Positions 23,239 to 38,200 of a stretch of DNA of 64,000 nt are shown here, piece by piece. Made by a program: the position numbers and the translations under genes. The stretch lies in contig OZ210884.1 in the NCBI GenBank assembly GCA_964658305.1, positions 5,022,001 to 5,086,000 of the forward strand, given 5' to 3'. Positions within the stretch are counted from its first letter, which is position 1. Every line of letters starts with the position of its first letter. A model generated the notes under the pieces. That model had not been told where the DNA came from, did not search any database, and was given only the letters and a program-made list of their open reading frames with translations. This DNA comes from Leptogorgia sarmentosa (lineage: Eukaryota).

Positions 23239-26200
23239 CTAAATCTTGAGGCGCCTTTTCGAAGAATCGCTCTTACTCAACATTGGTGGTAGTTTTCGTT
23301 TTGTTCCTTGCGATGCGCTAAGTGCTTGGCTCGGCTGGAAAAATATATAAATATGGGTTTGATCGCTGAACAATTTTAAGAAAGAATTTAGAAATGCCTC
23401 ACTTCACTTTAAAACTCTGTAACTTCAACTTAAATGTATTTTGAAACTACATGTTCAAATCAATAACCATCGGTTTTCAAATTCCTTTTCGATATAACAA
23501 AAGCTTAAAACCAACTTCAATTCTTGCGTTTTATCGTCGTAGAAAGTTTCATGAATGCATTCGATAATGATTCCTGGCTCGCCTCCCTCCCCTCCCCGGA
23601 AACTTCTAAAGTCGATGGTTGGTTTGACGTTGAACAAATATGCATGAGTGCACAAAAGCAGAAAAGTATAGAACGGTCCAATTTCATAGAAAATTGCCAT
23701 TGACGAGAAAAATATTCTTACTTCTCCAATAACTTGACCAGTTGATTTTTCCATTTGAGCTAAAGCTAGTTTTATTTTACCATAACTGATATCTGGTAAC
23801 AACTCTTTAATTGGACCTAATTTGAAACCCTCTGAAAAAGAAATATTCGACGTAAAATAAAAGTGGATATGGGCAGACAGATTGCAAGATAAGAGTCAAA
23901 TATCAAGATTGATGATGTGCGCTGTATAGTTTTAATATTAGAACTCTAACGCGATTTCGCTTTTTGTTCATCTAGGTTGCCCAATTAACCATCTCTACAG
24001 TATAAATAAATGAAGTTTTTCTCAAAAACGTTTTGTCACTGAATGTGGGAGGACTTTGAAATAAAATTTGACACTCGCTACAAACGTTTTATTTGCTATA
24101 CTGAAACGATCAGTAAGATTCGACGTTTTGAGAAAAGGCTCTCCATGACCTTAAAGTTAGACGAATAATTATAGACTTAAAAGTATGTTTTTTACCTGCC
24201 CCAAAATTGACTGATTTATATGACGACACTACTTGGTCGTACACATCATCTGTTACGCCAGCTAACAATATTAAAAAACTTTATATCAACATATATGTAA
24301 TTTAATGGCACTTCATTGGACTGAAACAAAATTGAATCAGCAAATATTGGGCTTTCGGTATTCTGTTTCAGTTTGAAGCTATGATCCTACGATAGAGAGT
24401 TGAAATATTTTAAACCGTCTATGTGTTAGCTCTTCTACCTTAGTAGTGAGTGTAAACTGTGGACATGTTGGAAATCCAAGTGGAAACAGTTATTCAATTA
24501 GAAAACTGTAATTACACAAAATCTTACGCTTATTAATTTCTAATCATTCGATTGCCTCAGGTTGTGATCACGTGATATTGAATAGAAATGCTAAGAATTT
24601 CGGAAGTAAAAAGCCGAGTATTTTTGCATGTGCTATACGTTTCATTTTCTCAACAACTAAAAATAATTTCTAAAATATCTAGTTTGCTTCAAGATTCGTA
24701 AACGATTGCTTTGTTAGAACGCGGATTGTAAAAATATTTTATCGTGATGTCCCAATATAGAATGGCGCAATACTGTATTTTGAGATGCATTAACGAAATC
24801 GTGAAGATAGAAAATAATCAAAATCTCGTTACCTCTTTGGAGGTTGACAGGGTAGCCAGCTTTGACAGCCTCGCTGAGATGGCCTTCGATGGTGTTTGGG
24901 ACCAAGTTACGAGATTTAGCAATTTCCTCCTGTATGGTGAAAAAACAAGTGAGGAAAAGTTAATAGAAAAAAGGTAGTGTATATGTATGTATTGCAACTC
25001 TGATCAACATGCACGTACTTCGCATTATGCCAATATTCTGTTATAGTATTTATGGTGATGACTGGTGAGACTTTACAGCACCAGTAACGTGAAGTTTTGC
25101 CATTCCACCGGGGATTTCGCGTTTAACCAATTGCACAAAATCCCCGCTCACTCACCACGTGATGGTGCGGTAAAATCACACGACTTGTCAGATCCTTTAT
25201 TTATGTACATTATAATTATAAATCTATAACGGCCCAAATGTACAGAATAAAACAACACACTTACTATGGACTGATTTCCTTCATTGAAAGCTTTGTACGA
25301 AGTAGCTACAGTAGCTGTCAGCGACATTGTAGGGAAAACAATGGTTTGCTATAAAAATGAATGCGCACAAAGTTTCTTTCTCAGTTGCGGCAAAAATAGC
25401 CCGCTCATTGACAAGTATACAGTGCGGCATTGTATTGTAAGTCTAGCAATGTTCTAAGGACACACTGCTATTGGAACTGCTATTGAAGTTAAAACAGTAA
25501 ACACGCAACTATTTCTTGCATAAACCAAGATAACAACATACGAGATAATGTAGTCTATTGTATCAAGTCTTGTTACGTTCTCCTTGACAATATGTACATT
25601 ACCAAGAAGCGCTACATACCTTATGTAAAGAAGACGTTTTGTCCGCAGAAAGATCGTTATCTTTACAATATTTCGACACAAAATCAACAATTTCATGGCC
25701 AAATCGCTCACACATTTTTTCAGAAAACCCGTCAATAGTAATTAAAGTTGCAGTTGATGTTGGCCTGGTCAAATGGAAAAATAAAAGAAACTACCAGTAT
25801 AAAATGTAATTCACCATTCAATAAAGATACTTGATACTGCATGATTGAAACACTGCATGTGGTAATGCTTTATCATCATTTCACATAATTATCCCAACCA
25901 CTGTATTGTTATTCTTACCTGTATTTAGCAATGTCGATCATCTGTTTATTATTCGCAATCATGTAAGGAGCATATCCTTCCCGACTCGCAAGTTGACCAC
26001 GTAGTTTTAGCAATTCTCCATATAAGGCACCCTTAGAATTAGACAACAGTATCTTGGTTAAGAATTTGCGACACGCCTAAAAATTTTCACTTGTACAAGG
26101 TTCTTGAATTTTAATAAACAGTTACTTAAAGGATCACGGTCACAACATTATAGTATCACTGGGTCAACTTGTGTTGCCGGCCATTTTATCTGAAACATCA

Positions 26201-29200
26201 TGTTTATATAGTTGCATTTTTTGGTAAGTTAGGCGAGGGGTTGCTGCATTTATGTGTTTCTAGTTCTATAATCCGTCTAATAACAAAGCAATCCCCTATA
26301 GCAACCTTGATTATTTTGCCCGATTCTCACTGGCATTGACTTAACATTATTTTTTGTGACAAAAACGACAGAATGTAAAGAATAACAAGATTTCTGTGAT
26401 GCGATCATTACCTCAAGCTGCGATTCTCGTTTTGAGATTTGAGGTTCTACCGTCGTTACTAATGTGGGGGACTGCGACAACGTACGTCGTACATCTAGCA
26501 GCACAGGAGAGGCCTTCACTAAATTGGTCTTTTCTTGAGTTAACATATCCTGTAAGAATTAGTTAAAAACGCAGGTTCAATTGAAAGTCAGATTCAAGTA
26601 TGAATGTCACATTTCATATAAATGGTCAAAAAACCCCATAAAAAAGGTTTGGTTTAGGGTTAAAGGTTAACGTAAGAATATCAAAGATTAAACTGGGCGA
26701 GAAAAAGCTAAACTGTACAGTTATATAGGTACGAGGCCTTGGGTACTACGAGGCCTACAAGAACTTTTGCATGGCTACCTCGCCTGGTTCCAACATCAAG
26801 TTACAGTCATCAGCGTTGTTTGTGTTTAGCCACTCGTGGGCCTTGGCTAGGAAAAAAACGCTTTTGCATTAACATATAAAATCCCCGCAAAACTGTGGAG
26901 ATAACCGCTTGGTTTTAACAAGCTCTTGCAGGGCTCAGAAGCTACATGAATGAATGGAGCCGTCAACTGATGTCTTTATTGGAAAAGACAGAAAAAATAA
27001 CGCATCAAGAAACTTGTCGAAGACGAATCAACTTTTTATGCCGGAAGCTTCTCGTCATATATAATTTACGGTAGACTCTTGCATTTTTTAACTTTTTCAT
27101 TCATGACAAAACCTTTTCCGGCTGATAGTTTCAGCGAATATAAAATTAAAGTTATTCCGAAAAATAATCTTGTAAATATATTACTGCTGAAGATGAATCA
27201 ATCGATTCGAAATATGCAGATTTACATTGCATAAATTTGTCAATATATGCAAACATTTTTCGGAATAACTTTAATTTTAGACATGTACCAACTTGCATGC
27301 ATTCTTATTTGTTGTGGGTGAACAATACAACAGGATTCCACGTTTCGAGCCCTTTGTTGACCTGGCGAAGCTCCTTTGCTCAAAACAATGTATGGTTGAG
27401 GTAGTGAGTAGAACTTTCGCTACTTTACGATGTTCGTATCCATGCATGTATACGTACTACCTAAACTGATCACAAATTGAAGGATGACTAACATGCATTA
27501 CCTGTCGTCGCTATGGTAGCGCCCCACCCATTACTAACGCTTTTCTCACACAGATATTTCTCACATGTCAGTTGACGTGCTACAAAACATTGAAGCTCCA
27601 GTTATTTTGATACCAGCTTTTTCTGGGTTTTGCTTTGGAGTCGCAGTCAAAATTACGACAATACAACAAGGAAAAACTGTAAATATGTAAAGTTTTAGGA
27701 GCAGACAAGACTGGAAACTTGCTTCACTTCTCACATTGTGCTCCAGAAACTGATACGGTTTCAAAACATCAAACCATCACTGAATTTACTTCATCAAATA
27801 ACCGACCATCTCTTGAAAAGATTTTAAATCACTTACCAAAAGCCCTCCACCATTTTTCAGAGCGATATCTATTAGAGAGATTTATTAACAAATAATCAGT
27901 CAAATGCTGTTTAATATTCATTCAAGTAGGTATATAATGTGGTAATTGATCAACACAATTGAGTATATTATACTATCTCATGATTAACTATACTACTTAT
28001 GGATAATTAAGAATACTAAAGATAAACATGACATGTTTAAAAAACATACTTTCCACTGCCATACTCATTATTTTGTCTCAAACTTTCGGCAAGACGTTTA
28101 TTTGTCTAAAATACATAAAAACAGTGAAGACATGGAATGCATTTGTCTTGAAAGTGAAAACTTAAAATTACGGAAAAAACACAAAAAATCAAGTGGGAAA
28201 AACATTTTATAGCTTTCTTAAACAATGCATCGAGCAGGCCCCATGTTCTTTATGGGTAACCATTGAAGTCCAATACAGCTGAAATCTTTGACTAACCGAT
28301 CCTCGTAGGAACATGATAGGTACAGTAATGCCAAATTTACCATCTCCAGTAATCTACACAAACAGATTTTGGTTTCAGTGTTGGTGAACAAGGATGATGT
28401 TGCACGCAAGATCTCGAATTTCACGGTCGAACAGCTTGCTGGGAGTCTCATTTAATTGCTCATATACTTCGCCGGAAAAATCTTTATTATATTCTTGTTG
28501 TTTTTGCTATCAGGCAACTGTCGCCCATTTTGTAATATAAAATCGATAAGAAATAAGGATAGAAATATCCCAGTATTCTTTTCGAGCTGGAAGTTCTTAG
28601 TTTTTTTTTGAGTTTTCATGCTCATTCTAGTGGCATTGATGGATTTTATCCCTCATAATTGTTTTGCACCCCCCCTCTCAGACCCCCCCCCCCGGAAATC
28701 GGCCAGTGATCAAAATTAACTTGAAAGCTGGAATGATCCATTGGTAGTTTCTCACATTACCTTGATTGCTTTAAATAATGCTTTGGCTTCTTTGGAGTAA
28801 TCCACTGTATTTCCTTCTTTAGCGACCAGTCCACGAGCTCTGCCAGGATGAGATTAACAACTGCCTGATCGAGTGTTTTGGTGCGTTATGTGGTAGCCAC
28901 GAGTAATAAATACTTGTGCTTACTTATCATAATTTGCTTAAGAGAAGTGAACTTCAATACGTGGCGAGTGTAGCTAGCGGATAACAAAATTAAAAAGCAG
29001 CAAATATTTTACTCAATAGCCACTTCCCAAGGAAGGGCTCGAAATGTCAAATCTTATTAGAGTAGAATTTCTACTGTTTTTTGATCTTATAGATAATAAC
29101 GTCACAAAATAGTAACGTCTACTATGGTACAAACTTCAGCAGCGAGTAAAACCTGATCTAAGCGACATTTTATAGATTTAAGTAGCTATTTCTGTAAACG

Positions 29201-32200
29201 ACAAAAAATGTCTGACTACGTATTTTTGTCTGCAAGGTTATCACATTTGCGATAATGGCCATCGCGTAATAAACCAATGACATAAGAGGCCTTCTGAAGG
29301 GTTTAATGTCGTATAAGGTGGAAATGAGACACATGTTGAAAATAAAATTGGAAACAGTTGAGGGAAAAATTCATCAACAATAAGGTCCTCCAGCAGGAAG
29401 GTTTAATGTGCTCAAGTGGAAATGATATACGCGATACTAAGACATAAAGACAACTAAAACTCACAGGAAGCCTTGTTTACCTTTTCTGGCAATTATCACA
29501 ACAGCTTTCGTCATAGGATTCCTCCAGGGGCAAATTTTCCTCAAAATACGAAAGTATATTCCTGAAAAATATAAAAGAATTTATCAATTAATAAGAGAAA
29601 AAACACAAATAAACGTGTCATATCAATCGGTTTTTGCTCAATCGCAGAATAAATTACTGAAAATTGCAAGGATATTTAAGAAATTAATTCATGATGTAAC
29701 AAATACCATGGAACACAAAATAATATTAATTAGCCTTTCTCAAGCTATGCGACAAGGTTTGAAATCAGGTACGATTCTTTTTAGTATTATTTTGAAACTG
29801 AACATACAATATGGTTACCTTCGTCTGCAATTGCTAGTGATTAAATAATGCTCCAGTTTCTGAATCATGGCAAGTCTGTGATTTCTGAACACTTCATTCG
29901 AGGTTGAATTTGCAAAATGCCTGTTGATATTGGGATTTATGGTTAAGACACTGGCAAAGTTGTAACTACAGGTATTCCAACTAGGCAAGTGAAGAAAATT
30001 ACAGTAACTTTTTTGGAACCTGATTCAAGACAAAACATTATACAGGCGGGAATTGAACCTGCGAGTTCCAATCGTCTGATTTGCACGCGTTAAAACGTAC
30101 AAGTTGTTATAAACTGGATTGTCACAAGTTTGTTCACTAGCTGCTGACAAGTTCTGTTCGCATTTCTTCTTGAGTTTGATGGGACTATCAGGCCAGTTAA
30201 CAAAGTTGTTTTGACAAGACTGATACAGTTATGATATGACCATATTGTTTCAGCTTCGTGCTTTCAAATTGTGACAAAAATTGTTGTTGACAATCTGACT
30301 CGTAACAAGTCGGATATATTGACAACTTGGGAGAAGCAGTGCAAGCAAACATAACTTCTTAACGATTTGTCAACAGACGTACGACAAATTGTGAGAAAAT
30401 GGGAATACTTCATTCACCTGGAAAGACTAAAATCAGCAGTTTCGTAAAACACATAACATGCACTTGGAAGCCTAGAAGGACAATACAATTTGCAAAAGAA
30501 AATCAATTTTGAAATATTCAACATGACTTATCTCAAGGGTAAATATTTACCCATCTCTGCCTGCTCGGCCGATCTCCTGATAATAAGATTCAATATCTTT
30601 GGGGGCTGAAAAATATTATTGATGTCAATTAATTTAGCACACCGTTCAGTCCTTCCATACAACATTTGCAAGCAATTTATGATTTAGTCAGAACTTATTT
30701 AATGCCAAAGGTACAACATTTATCGACACGCATGATCATGTCAGACCACTGGCACCAAATAGCAAATGGGTTCAATAAACGTTGGTTTTATACGATTCTT
30801 GATTATGGCTGCGTCATCGGCGCCGCGGAATTGGGACCAGTGCATGGACTGTGCTCAGGAGTTCATACGCGATAAACCGAAATGCTGATATTTTCCCGAC
30901 TTGATATGTATTAATGAAAAGTTAAATGTATTAATGAAAAAGTTAAATGTATTAATGAAAAAGTTAAATGTATTAATGAAAAAGTTAAATAGCAATAGTC
31001 TAAGGCAATCCCCTTGTAAAACTCCACGACCAATTTGAATAGATGGGGTGTTGAAATTTCATGTTATATAATTGATGTTTTAAATGATGATGAGACGAAT
31101 ATTGATGATGATAATGATGATAATGGAAACTTTTTTGAAATATTTTTCTTATGTACACACAATTGCAAATCTCGGAATAACCGGAAGTGAAAAAGACTGC
31201 GCGCGCGTGAACTTGCACTCGTGTTTACATAGCTCGATGTAAACATGGAAAATGTTTTCTATTCCTTAAATATAAGTTCATGGATATATGTAAAATTTCA
31301 TGGGTATACATATCAATAATAACCATATTTATAAAATAACCGGAATTATAAGTGAACTGCGTGCGTGTTGGCTAAAAGCCGTGTTGATGTGAGATTATGT
31401 GAACACAGCTATTTCCCGCTGCTTCTCACAGCTTCCACACATTTCTCGTTCTCCCAATCTTGCACTCGTGTTTACATAACTCGATGTAAACATGGAAAAT
31501 ATTTTTTTTTAATCCTTATAAATAATAACCAATAATAATAATAATAATAATAATAATGATGATAATAAAGAAATCAACTTACCTCCATAATGTATAACAC
31601 GTCTTACATCGGTCTTGTCGATGCCCATGCCAAAGGCAACTGTTGCGACAATACACTATACAATGTGTTGTAATTTGAAGTGTTGAATAATGTGAGCATT
31701 TATAAATCATGTAGGTTTCAACCAATTTCTGGGAATATAGCCACCCTGACGAAACGTGTAATCGATGAAGTTAACAACTTGGGTGACGCATATACAATAT
31801 ATGAAGCACCAAAATAAAAGTTTCATTCACGACCTAAACGATACAATAAAATTCGACGTTTAAAGCAAACCCCTTCGTTGAGAATTAGTGTAGTGCCTTT
31901 GCATAAAACGTCAAATCTCATTGTATCGTTTAGGTAGCGAGTAGAATTTCTACTGCTTGTTGATGTTGTTATTCACTACCTACACATACAGACATTTTCT
32001 AATTCAATTCTAGGGTCCTTATTTCAAATTGAGAGAAACATAAAATAAAACAAGGGTAATTAAAAATATACCAACTGTGTAAATAAACACGGTATCTTCA
32101 GGGTTTGGCATTTATTTTAATTTTGTATCGTGTTATCTACATCGAAAACAAGTAGGCCTGTGGACAAAACAATTGAACACACAAAACGTGAGTGTCAGGA

Positions 32201-35200
32201 TTTTGTTGAGTATTTGAGCACACTACCTGTACTTCATCTTGTATAAACATGGAATGAGCACGTGTTCGTCGCTGTTTCGACAGACCGGCATGGTACACTT
32301 CACAATTAACTCCGATACCTTCAAGAAAACGGTATGTTCAATTCATTACTAATTCACCCGCTCACATTCATCAAGAGCAAAATCGCAGCTAAAACTGCAA
32401 GTGTACCAGGAGATCTGAAAACACGGGAAAGTAATGGCACTAGTTGTCAAATAGAAATCCATTTTTCCATTCAATCTACAAATTTCGATTCAATCTTTCC
32501 CTCTTTATACATTACATGCAGTTTTTTTCACTTGCCTTGCAACGCAGCAGCAACATTCTCAGTTTTTTTTCTTGAAGGACAATAAATGATGGTGGAGCCA
32601 TCAAACATTACTTCATTGCTTCTAAAACAATGAGACTAATCTTTAACAGATTCTAAACAAATACCAAAAAGTACACCTAAAGAGTCAATGGATAATTCCA
32701 GCATTATCAAATTTTAATCAAAGCAAGAAGGAATGCTAATACGGAAGTCGCAGAAGTTGAAACGTTTCCTCACAAAAACGTTGTAAAGGTGAGAAATTTG
32801 CAAATTTTGTACATGAATATTACTATTATTTGTGGCAATTTAAATCACTTTTACACCACTTCAAGTGCTTTAAGTTTGAACGCAGTGTTCAGTAAGGTTA
32901 AAAAATTGGGGTGTGAAAAAGTTCATACTCGGATTTCTGAGTTAGAAAAGAATTCAAGTTTTGAACCACTGATGTCTTCTTGTTCACTTCCAGATACAGA
33001 TTTGGCCTTTTGAAAAATACAAATATCAAAATGAATATTGCCGCAATATAATTAGGTAATTATAGTATTACATAACTGTTAGCCAGATTAAAGATAGAGA
33101 TATAAGTTTCATTGCAGGATATTATTATATATTATGTATACAGTCAAGCCTCTATAAGCAGACACCACTCTTAATTAAGTGGACAGATATCATATAGGTC
33201 CCATTCTTTTTTCGTAACAGTATACTATTGCAAATGCTGCAATTTGATTGGCTACTCTACTCGCTATCTATTTAACAGTTAGATTACCCGCTCTCGATTT
33301 CTACGAGATGATAGTTGATTCGGGTGAAAATATTGCAAAAAATAATTTGAAAACGCGTCTCAGAAGACATTTTCTTCAACGAAAATTCACATGTTTTGCT
33401 ATACTCGTTATCTATCGAGGATTAGAAAAATGTCCAGTAATGCGCACAAAAACAGACAAGACATATCTAAGATATCCTACCTGTTAAAACTTGTCTTTAC
33501 GCTAAGGGGATTCTTAAGTTTCAAGCTATTGCAGATGTCATTGTGTACCATGGAAGTTGCTGTAGCGGTTAACGCCACAACGACTACCTAAACAACGGAC
33601 ATAATTGCTTCGTTAAGCGAAAATTTACTACCAGTTTGCTCAGACCCGTTCACATCACGGACGTAGGAACGTTTTCACGATTGAAAATTTTGAACATTTA
33701 GGGTGTCTAGATCGCCATTACCATTTCGGAGACCAAACTCGACCTTTGTCGTTCGCTTCTTTGGGTATACAAATGAAAGATTGTTGAGGTACGGCTTTGA
33801 TAGTTTTTTTGAAATGCAGGATTTTTTGGGGTAGGCACGTCCCCCTTGGTTCCTCACGCCCCCCCCGGTTCCTACGTCCGTGGTTCACACTAGCGACTTT
33901 TTCTCGATATTTTCTCTTTTTCTTGAATGAGTCGAATGGGCTGAGTGCGTTCTTCCTCGCCTGAACATTCGTGACTGGTTTACTCGTTCACATCCGTCAA
34001 AAGGGGAAAATCGCACTAGAAATCTCTCGTGTGAACGGGCTTCAAGGAAGTTTAAGTCGTTGCGTTCAAAAACACTTCGATATACAGTGTTTGTGGGCTG
34101 CCCGACCTATCTTACAAAGTGGAATAAAATTTATTAAACCACCGTCTGGACTTAACACTTTTCGCTTGGCTTGCATATACTTGTCGTAGTTTTAACGATA
34201 ACCGTAATGGGAGAATCTTGAAATGGCCTATTTGTCTTTTGCAATAAGATGTATTTGTTTCTTGCGTCAAGATACGATATTCACAACCTTTTTAAAACGA
34301 CTTACAAAAACCTAGCCGAAAAATTATTACGAACATACATCAAGCAATTGAGCTTTGACATCCCCAAGTTTTCTGTAAGAGTCTCGGAAGTCGTGCCCCC
34401 ATTGCGAAACACAGTGGGCTTCATCAATGGCCACGCATACGATGCCTGAGAAAACGAAATTATGCTGTTAAACGCTGATTTCACGAAGACCTCTCTAATA
34501 CGTAGACCACTATGTACATGTCACTATTTTAACAGAGACAGCTTTTAGTGAGCATATGCCGCTCACAATAACAGTCAGACATCTCTCTAATACAGACATC
34601 TCTCTAATACAGACACCTCTCTAATACAGAGACCTCTCTAATACAGACATCTCTCTAATACAAACACCTCTCTAATACAGACACCTCTCTAATACAGACA
34701 CGTCTCTAATACAGACACCTCTCTAATACAGACACCTCTCTAATACAGACATCTCTCTAATACAGACATCTCTCTAATACAGACACCTCTCTAATACAGA
34801 CATCTCTCTAATACAGACACCTCTCTAATACAGACATCTCTCTAATACAGACACCTCTCTAATACAGACACCTCTCTAATACAGACACCTCTCTAATACA
34901 GACACCTCTCTAATACAGACATCTCTCTAATACAAACATCTCTCTAATACAGACACCTCTCTAATACAGACACGTCTCTAATACAGACACCTCTCTAATA
35001 CAAACATCTCTCTAATACAGACACCTCTCTAATACAAACATCTCTCTAATACAGACATCTCTCTAATACAGACACCTCTCTAATACAGACACGTCTCTAA
35101 TACAGACATCTCTCTAATACAGACACCTCTCTAATACAGACACCTCTCTAATACAGACATCTCTCTAATACAGACACCTCTCTAATACAGACATCTCTCT

Positions 35201-38200
35201 AATACAGACATCTCTCTAATACAGACACCTCTCTAATACAGACATCTCTCTAATACAGACATCTCTCTAATACAGACACCTCTCTAATACAGACATCTCT
35301 CTAATACAAACATCTCTCTAATACAGACATCTCTCTAATACAGACATCTCTCTAATACAGACACCTCTCTAATACAGACATCTCTCTAATACAGACATCT
35401 CTCTAATACAGACATCTCTCTAATACAGACACCTCTCTAATACAGATATCTCTCTAATACAGACATCTCTCTAATACAGACATCTCTCTAATACAGACAT
35501 CTCTCTAATACAGACACCTCTCTAATACAGACATCTCTCTAATACAGACATCTCTCTAATACAGACACCTCTCTAATACAGACACGTCTCTAATACAGAC
35601 ATCTCTCTAATACAGACATCTCTCTAATACAGACACCTCTCTAATACAGACACCTCTCTAATACAGACATCTCTCTAATACAGACATCTCTCTAATACAG
35701 ACATCTTTCTAATACAGACACCTCTCTAATACAGACATCTCTCTAATACATACACCTCATGTAATGAGTGACTTCTGTAATAAGGCTACCTTTCTCAAAT
35801 TGTAACGTTAAGATGACGTCGTTCTTGCACTTACCAACATTTTTATCGACTTTGCGAAGGAATTCAGTATGCAATGTAATATATTCAGGAGTTACATACA
35901 CAATACGATAATCACCTCTACAAACATTTTGCAATACATACATGAGGCAATATTACACCAATATAATATTACATCAATACAAAGAAACATTGAAAAGAAG
36001 AAACATTGAAAGGAAGAAAAAGGAAGAGGACAGCAAGTGATTTCACCATACCTCATAACACCACTTACAACAGCGGCGTTATTCGACTGAGCAGAGCCAA
36101 GAAAACATGCTGGTATATTGAATACTCTGTAGAAACAATTAATACAGAAATATTAAAGGTTCCCCACCCTAGCAACAAATTTGGCCCATTTTTCATATTC
36201 CAACAACCCCAAAACTTAATCTCCAATCCTGATCCTAAACAATTTATAGAAATATTCGCACTATGGCGAATATCGGCCCACTAAGATGTACCAACTACAT
36301 GTAAGATTCTACCTTACTCAACTTACTCAAACTGACTAACTTACTCAAGTTTCTTTACTTGGTCTTGCATCAAAGAGATAAGTGGTGACACAACAACTGA
36401 TGCTTTACCAGTATAAACAGCGGGATATTGATAACACAAACTTTTCCCATAACCTGCACACAAATAGTACAATCGTACAGTAATATACATTCTTTATAAA
36501 CCTTCGAAACTTTATCTATTTTATCCATTAATCCTAGCAAGATTTGTGTAAAACAACTAAACTATCATGATGCTCTGAAAATATTTTACTAATAGCAGGA
36601 TCAAAATGCTTTTTATTTTTTCACAAAATTCAAGATCTTGCATGTGAATTAGTAGTATAAGCATGAATTGGATGGAATTTTAAGGGTCAGAGGTTCAACC
36701 TTTCTTCGTTGGTTATATGGCACTTCCTGTTATCGACTGAGCGAAAACCAAATACTGTATGCACCGCGAAGAAACGAAATGCCAACCCATTGAAGAACTA
36801 TAGCACACTAACCTGTAGACATGACAACACTCACATCTCGTTTTTTATTAATGATAGAATTTATAATTTTCCATTGCATCCTAAAATACGTGATAAAATA
36901 CACAGACTTAGCTGTGTGCTTCAGCCCTTCCTAAGACAGTACCTCTTGTATGAAGATTAATAATATATCGGAAAGAATTTTAATATATAAATAATTCAGT
37001 ATATTTCAATGGTTTGTTTTCGGTGCGCGATTATATATATATAATATAAACTTGAATTTAGTGCGAAATACTACAATTATTTGCATAAAACATTTTATTA
37101 AGTCAATTTTTGAAATGAAACAATTTCCAACCAATCTTCGCTCGTGTTCTTTTAGGGGTAAAGTATGTAAATATTTTGTAGAGTCTTGCATTTGGAAACA
37201 TAAACTTATACTTTGGAATTGAAGTAGTGTAGATCTTGTCTCTGTTTTCGCCTTTTCAAAAGCATTTGACGCTTCCGCTCTTCATGGCAGTCCACTAGAT
37301 TTTTGAGATCAGTGATGATCTACGATGCCTGGCGACTCAAAATAGCCGCCAAAAAGGCGCAAATTTGATGAGCTTCAGACTCCACTATGCTGTCTTTTCC
37401 CCGGGTGTAAACAGCCATGCGGAATTCTTAACCTCTTCCAGGCATAACGCCCGCTAACGGAGGGCGCTTTCAGAGAGCATTAATTTCTTTTATGAACAGA
37501 CGCGCAGAAATACAAACTGAAACACCCGGCCACATTTTAAAGCCTGATTAGCTATTATTAAACTACCTAGTTCGAACAGCGAGCTTCTGAATACGGGTAC
37601 TTCTATTCACTGCATGACTGTGCAGTGCCAGGCAAGGAAGATAACTGGCGTCCGATGTGAATACCAACCACTACGTATTTTTTTGAGGGCGGCACTCAAA
37701 CAAGTAAATATATGCTATAGTAATCTCATCAGTAGCACTTACGGTCTGAAGTTAGAATGACCAAAATATGTCTTCAGCAAGTCCGTGTATTTTAAATCGG
37801 GTTTCTCTTCTTCATCGGGACCTGTATTGATAGAATATATACCGCATACACAAAAAAAACGGGCGTTGGCAAAAAGAAGATGCACGGAAGGCAGCCATCT
37901 GTGGCAAGGGGCACGAATAATAATAAATTGCAATTGAGGTAAACACTCGATTTTTCGTCTTTTGCAGTGTAAAGCGAATTGTGGGTTGCATTAAAAAATT
38001 AGCCAATCCGAAAAATAAACCAGCAACATCGCAGTGATTTCTATAGGTTTTTTCTATGAATAATTACATAATAACTTTCCTTACTAGATCTAGAAGGTAA
38101 ATCTTCTGAACTATCCTGTGTGCTTCGCGTACTCTTGTTGCATAATTCATCCACATCAATCTAGTACAAATAATCCATACATACTCACATACAGCACACA

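Noticed and set aside
30040..30095. Minus-strand B-box-like GCAGGTTCAATTCCCGC as a tRNA
   Set aside because: It is an isolated T-arm-like fragment with no cloverleaf, at most a SINE relic.
34576..35757. Regular short repeats resembling a CRISPR array (also 6910-7310)
   Set aside because: The units are head-to-tail with no unique spacers, there are no cas genes, and the context is eukaryotic.
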